A DNA stretch of 64,000 nucleotides. Source: Blepharisma stoltei ATCC 30299. Its lineage: Eukaryota > Protista > Ciliophora. The stretch is from the NCBI GenBank assembly GCA_965603825.1, contig CBFDEM010000046.1, positions 731,341 to 795,340 of the forward strand, in the 5' to 3' direction. The translations under genes and the position numbers were made by a program. The notes beneath the pieces were generated by a model, which saw only the letters and a list, made by a program, of their open reading frames with translations, did not search any database and was not told where the DNA came from. The stretch's first letter is position 1. Every line of letters starts with the position of its first letter. Of this stretch, positions 1-12,727 are shown piece by piece.

Positions 1-486
1 ATAGTTATGAGATAATAAAAATAGCAAAAATAAAATTGAGAAAATAATTGTGTCAATGCCTAAAGTGTAAAGTATTTGATAGAATCCTTGATCCATTTCA
101 GATTATTACTAATAATGCAATTAATGGTTTAATTATTTACTTTTTTAAGAAATGCATTTTGGAATCTTTCTCTGACATTTTTATCAGAAATTAATTTAAA
201 GGAAAAGCACCTAGAAAATCTGATGGTCAAAAACATCAATTCTTTCTATTTTTTATATAAGTTGATTTATTTTAATATTTTATTTATTCTTTATGTTAAT
301 CTTAATTTATTTTAATCAATATGCTCTCTGAGAGTAATATAGATAAAATTTACGATTAAAAATTTATTTAAAGTAATAGTAAATAAAACCATACAGTCTC
401 TACCTGCCCATTAAACCACATAATTTATTACCTTTATATCATTAATTAACTTATTATCCGATAATTACTAATTTATATTCTCACAA

Positions 487-2634
487 TTAAGAAAGATATT
501 TCTGTTCAGGCAAGCTTCCTCTTCTGCTGTGTTGTATTGACTTAAAAAGCCTTTCGTATTCCTCCATATTTTCATCCTGTGGTGCTTCTATTGACGTCTG
601 TCTCCTATTCGGAAAATTATGTGACATCCAGAAAACTTCATTTTCTTCCAGCTGCACCAATATTTTTTCCTTTATACTAACTGACGGCCTAAACATATAA
701 AAAGTCTGATACAAAGGCCCCACAATATTTTTAATAAACCCTATCTGTGTTTTCGCTATTTCAGTCACTTCTCTATCACAATACATCGAAACCGGTATCC
801 CCAGTGATTTTTCCACATCGCCTTGCTCGAAAAATTCCTGAATCACCAGCGCGCACCATTTTGCATGTAAGTCCCTCTTTTTGGCAGCATGTCCTACATC
901 AGCTACTTTTATAGTCATTTTAAATAAATCAAGCCGAAAATCAGGGTCGTTCATATCTTGGACTTCATTTATGGCCAAATATTTTGCTTTAAAATGGCTG
1001 ACAATTTCAAAGTGTTTTGCTAAGTCTGTGGATAAAATCATTTCGATAATCATTTTTCTTACCAAGGACCATCTGTCAGGGTCTATTGATTTTATTATTT
1101 CTGAAGCGTTCTCTTTTAGGATTTTGAAAATTATGGAAGCGTGGTGCATCTCGAGGACACTGATGTCGTTGAATTGGATAGCTAAATCGTCCATGGTCTG
1201 GATTAGAAAACGATTACTTTTAGCTGGGTGGCCGACGTCGTGGCCTATAGAAGTTATAATTCCTGCTAGGAGTTCTAAACTATTGATTTCTTCAATAATA
1301 AAAGTATTGAAAACTATGTATATATATGAGCACATTACATCAGCGGCATGACAGGAATTGTGGTAAGGATTTTGATTGCTATAGCGACTTTCTATTACTT
1401 CTAAAAAGGTAGTCAAAGTTTTTTCGGATATATTAAAAATGTCTTTTAAGCCATATTTTACTATTGCATAGTACCCACAGGTCTGAAGAGGCCGACCTCC
1501 AGAACAATCATTAACAAAAAACGTGTTAAAGTTTCATTCTCTACCGATTTGGTTTAAAACGCCTTGAAGTTCTGCAACTCCGTATATAGAGTCTAATTTT
1601 ATTAAAGATTTTTGCCTTGGCGGAAGACTATAAATTGTTCCGCCTCTTTTAGATATAAAAGTTTGCTCAAAATAAATTTTGTCTTGCTCATCTAAACCTT
1701 TTGTAATATTTTCTATATTTGTATAATAAATATTTGTACTTCTTCTAAGCCTCGCTAAAATTGATTTTAAGATACTCATAGAAATAACAGCTTGTTCTTT
1801 GGCTTTTAAATCTTTAGAATCTTTTATGATGCTCAAAGACTCTATTGAAGAATTTATTGCATCTACAATTTCTTCAATGGCTGTATCTGCTTGCTTTTTA
1901 GCTCCATGTATAACCCCATCAGTCCTTAAGTCAGATTCAGAAATCGCAAAACTTTGGCTTTCTTTTGCAACTTCTAAATAATGGACTTTACTATTTTTCT
2001 GTTCTTTAAGAGCCAGAATTAGGTACCCAAGCACTATTAATAGACAAAAAAACTGAAAGATCGTTAAATTTGTACTTTGGTTTCCCATCATGTTTAAAAA
2101 CAAAGAAATAAATGCAAGGATACTGCTGATTATAATAAAGCTAGCTTTATTTTTCATTTTTTCTTGAGCAGCAATCGCCAATACGATAATTGCAGAAAGA
2201 CTGGGGAGGTAGCCTTTGCAGTCATTTTCTTGCATAATTACTGTAAAAGTGTTAGGATCTGAGAGAATTATAGTAATTCCTGATACCAAATATATCCAAT
2301 TTATCAATAATCACTTATCAAGAAGGTCAGATCCATATTTTAATTCTAGGATAAAAGCAATAGTAGATAATGCAAGACTAGCAGAAAGAATTATAACACC
2401 AAAAATAAATGCGCTTGCATTTATTTCTTGATCACTATAGCTCAGAATTATTGATAAAATGCATAAAATTAAAATTGCAGCATAAGACAAATAAAATTTG
2501 AAATTGGAGGAATTTGTATTTGGGTTTATATCTGATTGATTCAAAGTAATTTCAAGAGGAGGTCCAATTTGAGTTAGATCGCTTCCTATTTGATTTTTAT
2601 GCCCTGCTAAAGCTCCGTTTCCACTAAGTTCCAT
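487..2634 (-). CDS. Membrane-bound class I cyclic-nucleotide phosphodiesterase (~715 aa, ~6 N-terminal TM helices)
   Basis: Three in-frame ORFs join through TGA at 2311 and 1534 (giving GRE-W-NFN). The catalytic domain has NPYHNSCHAADV, HDVGHP, LEMHH, ADVGH, EFFEQGD and QIGFI. Ends at TAA. Confidence 0.92.
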
Positions 2635-3280
2635 AGTCTTGTATTTATATTAAATTAATGATAATTGCTATGATCTGTAATAGCAGGATGAAAAAAATTT
2701 AATGGCAAAATGCTTGTTAAAATTTATTATATGCTTTTTGCATGCAAAATATGCTAATTTCTGCGAAGTAGGATGCTAAATAAAAAAAATATAAAAAAAT
2801 AATTTGAATTTGTGTCAAGCTTATCTTGAACAAATAATATGAATGAAGCTGAAAAAATCATTAAATAATATAAAACACCATTTATTTGCCTAAAACCTAC
2901 TGCGATATTTAATTCTACTTAAAATTTTGTATGAATGATTCTATCGAGTATCCTATAAGTTTTCATTTATTCACTATTCCATTTTTATAAATTTTGATTA
3001 TTTTAAAAAGAATTTATTTTTATTGCTCTTCAAAAATTGCTCAGGGATCATAATAAATTGCAGCAACTAGCAATAAATAAATTATCAAAAATAATCGTTT
3101 TTTACTTTTCTGTATTCCTTAAAGATTAATAAATATTTCAAAATTATTTAAACTTAATATTAAATAAATGTTCACAATTTCTCTATTTTCTCAAAAATTA
3201 TTAAAATTCTATTCTTTCTTCCTCTCTTGCCTTATTCCAATTCCATTTTATATCTCGTCTAAAGGACAAGCCTTATAATA

Positions 3281-4183
3281 ATGGCATCTCAACTATTTAT
3301 TGAGAGATTCAAAGATAAAGTAAGCACCATAAACAAACTCGGGCAGTTTGAAGTCGACACCTCAAAAGCTGTCAATAAGCCTCAATTTCATTCCCAAAAA
3401 TCAATCATGCAAATTTCTGCATCCAATATAGTAAAAAGCGGAATTCATTCACTATCCCCAACAAACGATTATCCCAATTTTGCTCGACCTCTTAAGTTAC
3501 AAGGCCCTGAAGGACGTTCATTTTATGCGCCTCCAAGTGAAGCTGCAACTGAGCCTCATGATTTTCATTCGCTAAACCCTAAAAACAGTTATTATCCTAT
3601 TCCAGCTGAAAATATCCCACATGGATATTCAGCTCAGCAGTCTCCTAGAGCTTCAGAACCCCATCAAAAACAGAAAAAAGCCGTTTCAGCTGCTCCTTTA
3701 AGAAAAACACAAGAAAACTTACGATCGACTGATTCAGATCAGCTTATTGGCCGACCAAAAAGAAGGGCTATTGATTTTACGCCATACACATTAAAAGATT
3801 ATAAGAATATTAGAAATGATAAATACTATGAACTTGGAGGGCTCGGGCCAATTAATATAGGAACAGAAGAGTGGGAAAAAAAGAAAGAACTTCAAGATAA
3901 AAAAAAAGAATACGCCAAACAGGTGATGCAAGCTAATTCTTCACTATTGCCCCCTACAGTTGTAAAAAAACCTAAGGAAAAAGAGATGAGCTCTAGACAG
4001 AGGGCGATTGAATTTGCGAAAAAAATACAAAAACCACCTTTAAAGGTAAAAGCTTTGGGTCAAGAAATTAAAGAAGAAAATGAAGAGTTTGAGGATAAGA
4101 CACTTTCGTGGCTCTCAAATTTAGAAAAACAGCATGAAATATATAAAAATAAAGCTCAAGAAATCAGGACTAAGATGGAGTAA
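3281..4183 (+). CDS. JHY: Jhy-like ciliary protein
   Basis: C-terminal motifs YTLKDY..LGGLGP..KEYAKQV..RQRAIEFAKKIQKP resemble the conserved Jhy C-terminus. Confidence 0.7.
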   Translation: MASQLFIERFKDKVSTINKLGQFEVDTSKAVNKPQFHSQKSIMQISASNIVKSGIHSLSPTNDYPNFARPLKLQGPEGRSFYAPPSEAATEPHDFHSLNPKNSYYPIPAENIPHGYSAQQSPRASEPHQKQKKAVSAAPLRKTQENLRSTDSDQLIGRPKRRAIDFTPYTLKDYKNIRNDKYYELGGLGPINIGTEEWEKKKELQDKKKEYAKQVMQANSSLLPPTVVKKPKEKEMSSRQRAIEFAKKIQKPPLKVKALGQEIKEENEEFEDKTLSWLSNLEKQHEIYKNKAQEIRTKME

Positions 4184-4275
4184 TATATGGTATTTTGACA
4201 TAATTTAGTAAATAAATAGGAAATTTTTAGAAAATATATGGACTTATAATAATAAATATGGAATAGCTTATGGAA

Positions 4276-4339
4276 ATTGAGTGATGATTACTCAGCCGCC
4301 CCAGTCTTACTACTGATGAGAGGCTCTATCTGACTTCAT
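4276..4339 (+). ncRNA. SNORD31: Box C/D snoRNA, SNORD31/snR67-type guide for LSU rRNA P-loop Gm
   Basis: Box C GTGATGA 4281-4287, guide GCCGCCCCAGT 4295-4305, D' CTTA 4306-4309, C' TGATGA 4314-4319, box D CTGA 4330-4333. The guide is antisense to the LSU sequence CUGGGGCGGC, and the D+5 rule hits the G equivalent to E. coli Gm2251. Confidence 0.85.
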
Positions 4340-4476
4340 TATATTTGCTTTCCTTATCAATTTTGAATCATTACAGTGAAATTATAATTAGCTTAGAAAA
4401 TCTTAATCAATCTACCATGAATTATTATAAGCTAAACAATAGTAAATTTAATATCAAGCTAAGAGATTGTCTTATT

Positions 4477-5334
4477 TTAAAGATTTTCATTATACCTTTC
4501 TTTCCACTCAGCCCACGATCCATCATAAAGTGAAGCTTTCTTTCCTAATTCTTCCAATGCAAACAAATTCACACAAGCTGCCAGTCCTTGATGGCACATG
4601 CTAATCACTGCTTTTTCTTCATCTACCCTAATCCCAGCACCTTCATATAAATTTCTCAATTCTTCTTGAGTCTTCAATGTTGCATCTGCATTCATAAGAT
4701 TTTTCCAAGGCACATTTTTCGCTCCTTTTATATGGTTAATTTTCAGTTTTGGGTCTTCTTTATTGAAAATCGCCGTCATTCTTGCGTCTAAAATCACACT
4801 ATCAGCTGCTTTAGAGGCTGCCATAGCTTCTTCAAAAGCCTTTACTCTTGAAGCGTCTTTTGAATATCGGTAGTCATTGTCATTTTCTATTGAAGGGTCT
4901 TTATATAATTCATATTCGCCTGATTCAGTAGGATAGCTTTGGCTTAGCCAATAAGGAAGTCCTCCATCAAGGACTTTTACGTTTTGTTTACCGAATGATT
5001 TTAACACAAACCATGCACGTGTAGCTGAAAACACCCCAAGCTTGTCATAACAGACCACAAGGGTGTCATCGTTTTTAATACCTAGTTTTTTCATATGAGA
5101 AATAAACTGTTGATTATTTGGCATCATTAGAGGATAAGGAGATGATCTGTCTGATATTTCAAGAAGATCGAGGAATTTTGAGCTGGTAATACGGGTTTTG
5201 TAGTGGTTAGAAAGAGGGGTGCCGTCTTTTTCAGGAATCGCATAGGTGCTGTCTAGGATATGAATTTTTGATTTTTTTTGAATTAAGGAGTTAAGGTCCT
5301 GGGCTTTGATTAACGAAGAAAATCTTCTGTACAT
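4477..5334 (-). CDS. Tandem-rhodanese sulfurtransferase (TST/MPST family), probably mitochondrial
   Basis: Motifs ATRAWF, VLDGGL..W, active-site loop CHQGLAA and LYDGSWAEW; short basic N-terminus MYRRFSS. Confidence 0.92.
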   Translation of the reverse strand: MYRRFSSLIKAQDLNSLIQKKSKIHILDSTYAIPEKDGTPLSNHYKTRITSSKFLDLLEISDRSSPYPLMMPNNQQFISHMKKLGIKNDDTLVVCYDKLGVFSATRAWFVLKSFGKQNVKVLDGGLPYWLSQSYPTESGEYELYKDPSIENDNDYRYSKDASRVKAFEEAMAASKAADSVILDARMTAIFNKEDPKLKINHIKGAKNVPWKNLMNADATLKTQEELRNLYEGAGIRVDEEKAVISMCHQGLAACVNLFALEELGKKASLYDGSWAEWKERYNENL

Positions 5335-5788
5335 ATTTTTACTGATTTTTAAGAAATTAAATTCGGGGAAAAATAGCTGAAAAATTTTTCAGTTGTGGTA
5401 GAAATTGGCAATTTATAACGATTTTTGGGTGTTTTTAATTCAGTTTGAGATTTTTGAAGTTTTTGCCTTGATGATGTTGATTTAAATGAAGGAATTTAAT
5501 TTCCAATGCAAAATGGTATACATTTCTAAGAAAGCCTATTTAAAAGATGAAACCTATCAATAGATTTAGCTATAATTAGGCTTTCATTAGCATAAGTGTA
5601 ATGTTAAACGCAACCAAAACCACGCATATATAATAATTAACGCATTTTTACTGATATAGATAGTCTAAATATTGGAGCATAAGAACACCACATTTCTGTT
5701 ATCACCACTACTAACCTATTTCATGGTTTTTATTATTTAATCTAAATTTTGAAACTCATAAAAGGAATATTCTGATACTATAATTATA

Positions 5789-7189
5789 ATGAAAGAAGCT
5801 AAATTTTGGCACAAAAATACATTAGCAATTCCTCTTGCTCTATACATTCTTTCCGCAACCTTCATGATAATCTCAGTCCTGCTTCCCAATTGATCAACCT
5901 TAGAGCTAGGCGCTGAAACTTACGAAATGAGCCTATGAAAATGCAAAGGGTGCCCAAAGCTCCACAAGTCATGAAGCTGAAAATGTTTTTCTGACTATAG
6001 GTGCAATTCTAACATAGATGACGGAAATTGTATGACCTATAGCGCTGGACATGGAGCTGCCGTGACTTATTTTTCATTAGAAGCTTTAGCCTTCATTTCC
6101 AGTCTTATGCTGATTGAAAAATTATCTATAAGACTAGTTGATAAAGACTTCGGATCTTACATTTTTGTTCATTTATTAGGATTATTTGCAGCTTCTGGAC
6201 AAATAATTGCAGCAATTGCATGGTTTAGCTTAAATAAAGCTGTATTTCACTCAAGTGGAGATTCCTCGTGAACCAACCCGATTTTGGTGGCTAGAAATGG
6301 ACCTAAGTTTGCAATTGCAAATTCTATCTTATGCACGATAGCATATTTTAGCTTATTTGTAGTCATATGCAAACAAAAAAGGGGAATAATTATAAAAAAC
6401 TTGATAAATTTAGATGCAAAGGTATTGAAAGTCAATTTCAGCTGGTGAATGAAAATTGTGGGCCTTTTCTTTTCTGCAGCTTTAGCAGCTATTATATTTG
6501 GCTTAGGATACGGAAAATGGGTCCTCCGTATTTCTTCTGATAGCTCCTGGGAAGGAGGACTTACATCATGCATAAATTGTGAAGAGAACGGAACTAATAC
6601 CAACTATGACTGCTTATCAGCAGTTTATTGCTATGATAATAAACACTCGTCAACCTGTGCTTTATACAAAGACTTGCATCATGCTGGCATATATTATGAA
6701 GTCTTAGAAGGGTCAGCGTTAATAAGTTTCATATTATTTTTCCAAACTTATTTATCAATACTTAATAAGAAAGATTATGGAATTCCTGCATTGAATTATG
6801 TAATTTTTATTTAGCTGTACGCAATTTTAGTCGTTTTACTAAACTTTGCTGCATCGGTCTCATGGTTTGAAATCAGCAATGCTCGATTTACGACTAAGTG
6901 CCGAAGCCAAGCAGGACTTGACAAAAAGCCTAAAATGTGCTCAACTTTTGGACCTTACACTTTGATAGTCTCAAATATTTTCCTAGTTCCTATGGGGATT
7001 ATATTTTGCATTGCATATTGGAAAAGAGAGATCCTTGGAAAATATACAGGAAAAATTAGTGATGACCATGAAATACCAAAAATTGATATTTCTTTTAATT
7101 CACATCGAAACTCGAATTCTGAAAATGAGCCTTTAGATTCAATTCCCCAAGAAAGAGATGAGGTAAAAATAAGAAATTCAATTAGCTAA
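5789..7189 (+). CDS. Eight-TM protein with two tandem claudin/PMP22-like 4-TM modules (~461 aa, 1 intron)
   Basis: ATG at 5789; frame stays open through six TGA codons and the 15-nt intron 6800-6814. Both halves show TM-W..(S/G)L(W/T).C..C..C..C..C-TM-TM(W)-GP-TM. Confidence 0.75.
6800..6814 (+). other. 15-nt spliceosomal intron
   Basis: GTAATTTTTATTTAG; removal deletes an in-frame TAG. Confidence 0.9.
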
Positions 7190-8417
7190 ATTTTATATAT
7201 TAAGTATTATATAGAAATCGCTATTAAATGATAGGGTATAAGGTAGCTTTTGGCAGGGATGCTAAATAAAATCATAAAAGGAGAAAAATTCTTTGAAAAA
7301 TACACTTTTTAACTCAAAATAATTTTGGGAAGTAAATTATTGTAAAAAATAGCAAAAGCATAAAGTCTTTATTTGAAATCAAGAGACAAATTAAAATTTT
7401 TATTCAAGATTGGGTTTTATTAAATCTATTGGCTAGATTGCTATTTTTCATGTATTATAAGCAATTTTTTATCGCTTTTGAAGCCGATTTATCTTAGTTG
7501 CTATTTATAATTATTCGAAATAGCAGGAATTTTTTGGCTCTTTGGATTAAATTTTATTAGTGCTATATAAAACGCATACAATTCTTTTTGCTTAAATATA
7601 TAAATATTTATCTTGCAAAAAAATGCCAAACTTACTTCCATTTTAATGGACTCATTAGCCAATTCTAAGAAAATAAGAATAATTCTCTGCTAAATATTAA
7701 AGATGCTGAGTTTATTTATTAAAAACAAATTTTATCTAAAATTTCTTTGGTCTGAAATGTTAACAATTTTTAATTTTTTAAAAATTTTTATTAAAAAATT
7801 TTTTAGAACTTTAGCAATTTTAAGCAAGGCTAATAAAGATGAGAATATAAATCTTCTGGATTTACTATAAAGATTTTTGTGGTATTTCTAATTTCCATTA
7901 TTTTTGGTTATCATCATGATTTAAAATGTCCTATTTTTATTAATAAAAATGTCGTAGAAAATTTAAATTATCAAAATCTAATTTGCCTATAAAATGCCTC
8001 AAAAGTATGAAAATAACTCAAAATTTTATTATAATTTGTTTACAATCTCATTAAGTGAGAGAAATAAACGAAAAAATTTTTTTCCTAAAATTCATCTTCA
8101 TGAAAACCTAACAATTATCATAATTCTAAAGTTCTAACTAAGGTAAAACACAAGATCTAATGCAGCAAAACTTAAAAAATAAAATCTTTATATCTTTGTC
8201 ATTTTGCAAGCAATTAAATAATTTTTACAAAAAACACGGTTTTCTTTGAAAGCGAAGAGATTTCTTAGTTAATTTCCATTTATTGAATTTTTATCTAAAT
8301 ATCTAATTGAAAACTCATGATAATTTAAACAAAGCTGGATTTATAGCGCTTTAGCAGCTGTAGCCTACAGAAAAAAAAATGCCTTTAAAAACCAAAATGT
8401 GTAGTTAACATTTCAAA

Positions 8418-8837
8418 TTAAGGGTTGTTATTAAGTAATGAATGTAATATTGGAATTCTTGTTTGTACCCACTCAGATTGACGGTTTTTATCCACTGGCG
8501 GAAGCACAGGCATAGGACCACTTGGGACTTTGATATTAGGGTTGCTTTTAAATAACTCTTCATGAATAAATAAAAGTTCAAATGGAGTTGCAATACCTTT
8601 ATTCTCTGTATTTTTTAATTGAGGTTTAGTCCTCTCTTGTTTGCACAGTCTCTTTGACTTATTGTGCAAAAGTTCATGCTCGTTGAGGTTTTGCTTACAA
8701 GCAAAAGTTTTAGAGCATATAGAACACACAAAATTGCGAATTTTTAAATGAATTGCGTTAATATGTCTTCTCAAATTGTATTTTGTCTTATAGGCTTTGG
8801 TACAGTTGAGGTAGTAGCATTTGTATTGGTTTTCCAT
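8418..8837 (-). CDS. Small C2H2 zinc-finger protein
   Basis: Two fingers: CYYLNC..H...H and CSIC..H...H. Confidence 0.85.
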   Translation of the reverse strand: MENQYKCYYLNCTKAYKTKYNLRRHINAIHLKIRNFVCSICSKTFACKQNLNEHELLHNKSKRLCKQERTKPQLKNTENKGIATPFELLFIHEELFKSNPNIKVPSGPMPVLPPVDKNRQSEWVQTRIPILHSLLNNNP

Positions 8838-10187
8838 TAAATCACAGTAATTTATATTAAAATTAAGAATTCAGATTAAATGGATGAATAAATTAGAGAG
8901 TGGATAAGACTAGCAAGCATCAAATCAAATTTAAATGTTAATAAATGTCCACTGATCCCACTTACAATTTAAAAAAACATGGAACAATATAATATGACTA
9001 GTGACTCATACTTATAATAATTTCAGAGACAAAGATTTTGATAAGCTTTATTTGATTGTATTTAGGAGGAATTAAACAGAACTTAAGTTGCTTGACATCT
9101 GCTGAATGTTTAATTATTAAGGCATTTTCTATCGAAAGTAAAATGTCATTATTTGTCTTCTTAATGTATAAGTAATTCAATTCGATTAATTATTTGAATC
9201 ATTTGTATTTAGAAAATCCAAAATATCATTAAATTTGCTTATGAACCATTCTAAATTATGCGGAATTTTAATGCCTAATCATGACATCAATTAATTTTCA
9301 TGCAATTGTCAAAACCCAGATAAGATCATGAAAACTACTATAGGCTTACTTCTCCTACTAGAGATTAAAAGATATTAACTAAGCTATTGCTGCAAGCTTG
9401 GAAAATTTAACAAAAAGTTCAAATTAAAATCGAACTTATAGTATGGCTATGCACAAGACTGCTAAAGAAGTATGCATTTTAGGCTCAAAATAGCCAAAAA
9501 TTGGAATTTCGCAGGCCCAGAGGCTCAGGAGCATCATCATTCTAAAAAAGGGTAACCGAAAAAAAAAACCACAAAAACTCACATAATCAAAAGGGACAAT
9601 TTTACCAGCTCTTTTGATTATTTAGCTTAGAAAATTTAATTTTTTTTTCTCTTTGATAATTGTAAAGCTCTAGAAATTGGACAAACTAGACAAATTAATC
9701 AAATTAGAAGCTTATACTAAGCGATAAATTTAGCCTTTTTAATAGATGAAAAGCTGTATGAGATATAATTTATAAATTCAATTGAATAAATCAAACAAAA
9801 GAACTATAAATGCAAAAAAACTATAGATTTTTAGATATTTTAGATCAGCGAATTAAATAAGAGTTATCAAAGAATTTCGCAAAGTTAATTTAATTTTGAA
9901 GATAAGCCAGAAAATTTCAAAGTAATCGAGCTAAAGCTGAATTTTATTGCCAAACTTTATAAGAATTAAATTCGATGTTTCATGTCTTTTTCAAAAATAT
10001 CTAAGTTTATTAGCAAATTAAATAGGTCATCTCAATTATTTATAATAAGCATTATTTGGAGCTCATTTATGTTGTTTTTCTTATTATTATTCTCCTAATA
10101 TTAAGAATTATCCTTTTTCGTGCATAAATTCAGCTTCTATGAATTTCACTTAAAAAGCCTTCCTTCTTTTTCAAAATGAATAAATAA

Positions 10188-11774
10188 ATGCAATTGTCTA
10201 AGACTTATGAGCTAAATCCCAGAGGCGAAAAATCATTTCCCTCTCTAAAGCGATCTTCAAGCAACCCAAAGCAGCGCCCTGATATTGACTTAATTGCTCC
10301 TCCAGTAAACAAAGAATACCGTGAGCTTGAGCTAATGATGCAAAACAAGAATCGAGAAATCGCAAAGCTCGAAAATATGAACAAGCAGCTTGTCATGGGC
10401 CAACAAAAGCGAGACGAAATTATCGCTTCTGCACTAGAAGAAAATCGAAAATTAAAAGAAAACATCAGATGATATCAACGTCTGTTAAATCAAACCAAGA
10501 AACAAATGAAAGCAGCCGAGATTTCTATGCCTTCAAAATCCAAACAGAATTATCAAGATTACCAACCAAAGCAAGAAAAGCGCTCAGAGAGGAAAAACAC
10601 TCACAATTTAATTCAGCAGACCACAAATTATATGGAAAGCGAAGATAATATTGCAAAAAGGAAAATCATTGATAATTTATTAGATGATTATGATACTTTT
10701 TCAGAAAAATTAAATGCGATGGATAATTCAACTAGAAATGAAATTTTTGCTTATATAAAAGACCAAAAAAAAGAATACGAAAAATTGCTAGGATTGACTA
10801 TGAGATTGAAAAAGCTCATATCTGGGTCTCATCAAGTTTCAATTTCTTTAGTTTTAGATGAAGCAATAGAGACATTGGTACATGAAACCTGCGAAAATTT
10901 AATTTGTGATAGAGCTAGTGTGTTTTTAGTTGACGAACTTAATGGAGAATTATGAACAAAAGCTGCAAAAGGGACTAATAAAACTATTAGAATTCCAATG
11001 GATAAAGGAATAGTGGGATACGTAGCTATGAGCGGAAACAAGCTAAATATTGAAGACGCTTATAAAGACAGCAGATTTAATAAAGCAGTCGACATACAAA
11101 CCTCGTATCGCACAAAGACTATCCTTGCAATTCCTATTAAGGATCCTTCAGGGAATATTATAGGTGTAGCAGAAGCTATAAATAAAGTTGACGGGATTTT
11201 TACACCAGATGACGAAGCTCTTTTTGAGCTCCTCTCAGCTCAGGCAGGAATTATGCTAAGAAACTCTATGAGAAATGAAATTTCTATGCTAATGCTCCAC
11301 AAAATGCGGTTGGTATTAGAAACTTGTATATTAATAACTGAGGCAAATGAAATTGTAAAAGTCATGGAAATTTCTGAAGAAAGGTCAAAGGACCTTATGG
11401 GCACCGATGTCTCCAAAATATACATGGTAAAAGATGGGAATTTGATTAGATATGCAAATGGGGAAGAAGAAAAATTTAGCTGTAATATCGGGCTTGTAGG
11501 AAAATGCGCAAAAGAAAAAGTCATATTAAATATCCCTGATGCATATAATGATCCAAGCTATAATGGAATTGTAGATATTGATTCAACGCTGCCTGTGCTT
11601 TGCTTTCCTATATTAAATCATGAAGGAGACGCTATAGCAGTTTTAGAAATTTTAAATAATAGAGGGGTTTATGGCAGAGCTTCATCAAATAGAGCAAAGC
11701 TTAATCAAGTGGACAATGAGATTTTCCAGTATTTTGAGAAGATTTTAGCTTTAAATTTAAATCGATTCTCTTAA
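10188..11774 (+). CDS. Coiled-coil plus tandem GAF domain protein with no catalytic domain (~528 aa)
   Basis: Three ORFs join through TGA at 10470 and 10953 (GEL-W-TK). GAF motifs GIVGYVA..LNI.DAY.D.RFN..D and AINK..G.F...DE; a second GAF follows. Confidence 0.88.
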
Positions 11775-12631
11775 TTACTAGTATCTATATTTGCTCTTCT
11801 ACGGACAGAAATGCCTGGTGTTCCTGATTTTGATGTTTGGAGGATCCTACTGATTGATGTACTTTCACTCATAGTCCAACTTGATGGGCTATTAAGTCTT
11901 CCTTTTGCTATCACTTTTTCATGCCCTTGGACTCTTTCAAGTTCTTTTTTATTGTTTTGTGCATGTCTTATAACTCTTTCCATCTCCATCCCTCTTCTTC
12001 TTTTAAGCTCCTCATAGTTCCTTTTAAGCCTATTTTTCAGCATTTCGTATTCAACTTTTTGCTGCTTTGCTATTTTTTCCATGAATTTTTCGATTTTTAT
12101 TTTTCTCTCAGCTTCGGCTTTTTCTATTTCTTCTTCCTCGAGTTTTTTGATTTCTTGTGTCAGGTCATGCGCCAATTTATATTGTTCTTGCTTAATCGCG
12201 ATTTCTTTGGCTTTCATTAAATTCAATTTTTTTGAGCACGGCTTATGTATTATTTTTATTTTTTCTTCTGCTTCTTTTTGCTTTTCTTCTAGCTCTGCGC
12301 TGTGCGTTTTTTCAAGCTCAATTAATTGAAGCTTGCATTCTTGTTTGTACTTATCGAATTCTTCTTCCCACAAGCTATTAAATTCTTGAAATTCCTCTAA
12401 ATGGCCAAATTCTACCTGCTCGACTTCTTTTTTTTGCTTCTGCAGGAGTTCTTTTTCTCTTAATTTTTGTTCCTGGATCTTCAATTTTTGGATTTGCTCG
12501 ACAGCTTTTTCAGCCTCCAAAAAATTCCCAGCAGCTACACTTTGCTCTTTATAAGCTTGTAGAGTGGCAATCATTTGTGTAGGATTGTCAGTAGTAATGT
12601 CATCTCTGAGGGTTAGACTGTTGGTTTGCAT
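11771..12631 (-). CDS. Coiled-coil hypothetical protein (~286 aa)
   Basis: Long E/K/Q-rich ORF. ATG at 12631 is preferred because the upstream extension is AT-rich and UTR-like. Confidence 0.75.
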   Translation of the reverse strand: MQTNSLTLRDDITTDNPTQMIATLQAYKEQSVAAGNFLEAEKAVEQIQKLKIQEQKLREKELLQKQKKEVEQVEFGHLEEFQEFNSLWEEEFDKYKQECKLQLIELEKTHSAELEEKQKEAEEKIKIIHKPCSKKLNLMKAKEIAIKQEQYKLAHDLTQEIKKLEEEEIEKAEAERKIKIEKFMEKIAKQQKVEYEMLKNRLKRNYEELKRRRGMEMERVIRHAQNNKKELERVQGHEKVIAKGRLNSPSSWTMSESTSISRILQTSKSGTPGISVRRRANIDTSN

Positions 12632-12727
12632 TTTTAATAATTTAAAATGTGAATAATGCATACAGAATATATACGCCGTATTAGTTATCATTAAATACAT
12701 ATTTTTTATTTGTTAGTGTTTTTAGTG

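Noticed and set aside
2771-7271. Shared 15-mer GGATGCTAAATAAAA at 2771 and 7257
   Set aside because: Matches of this length are expected by chance in very AT-rich intergenic DNA.
9320-9600. Short ORFs and a minus-strand ATGATGA in a mildly GC-rich patch
   Set aside because: ORFs are under 30 aa, and there is no well-placed box D or recognisable guide.
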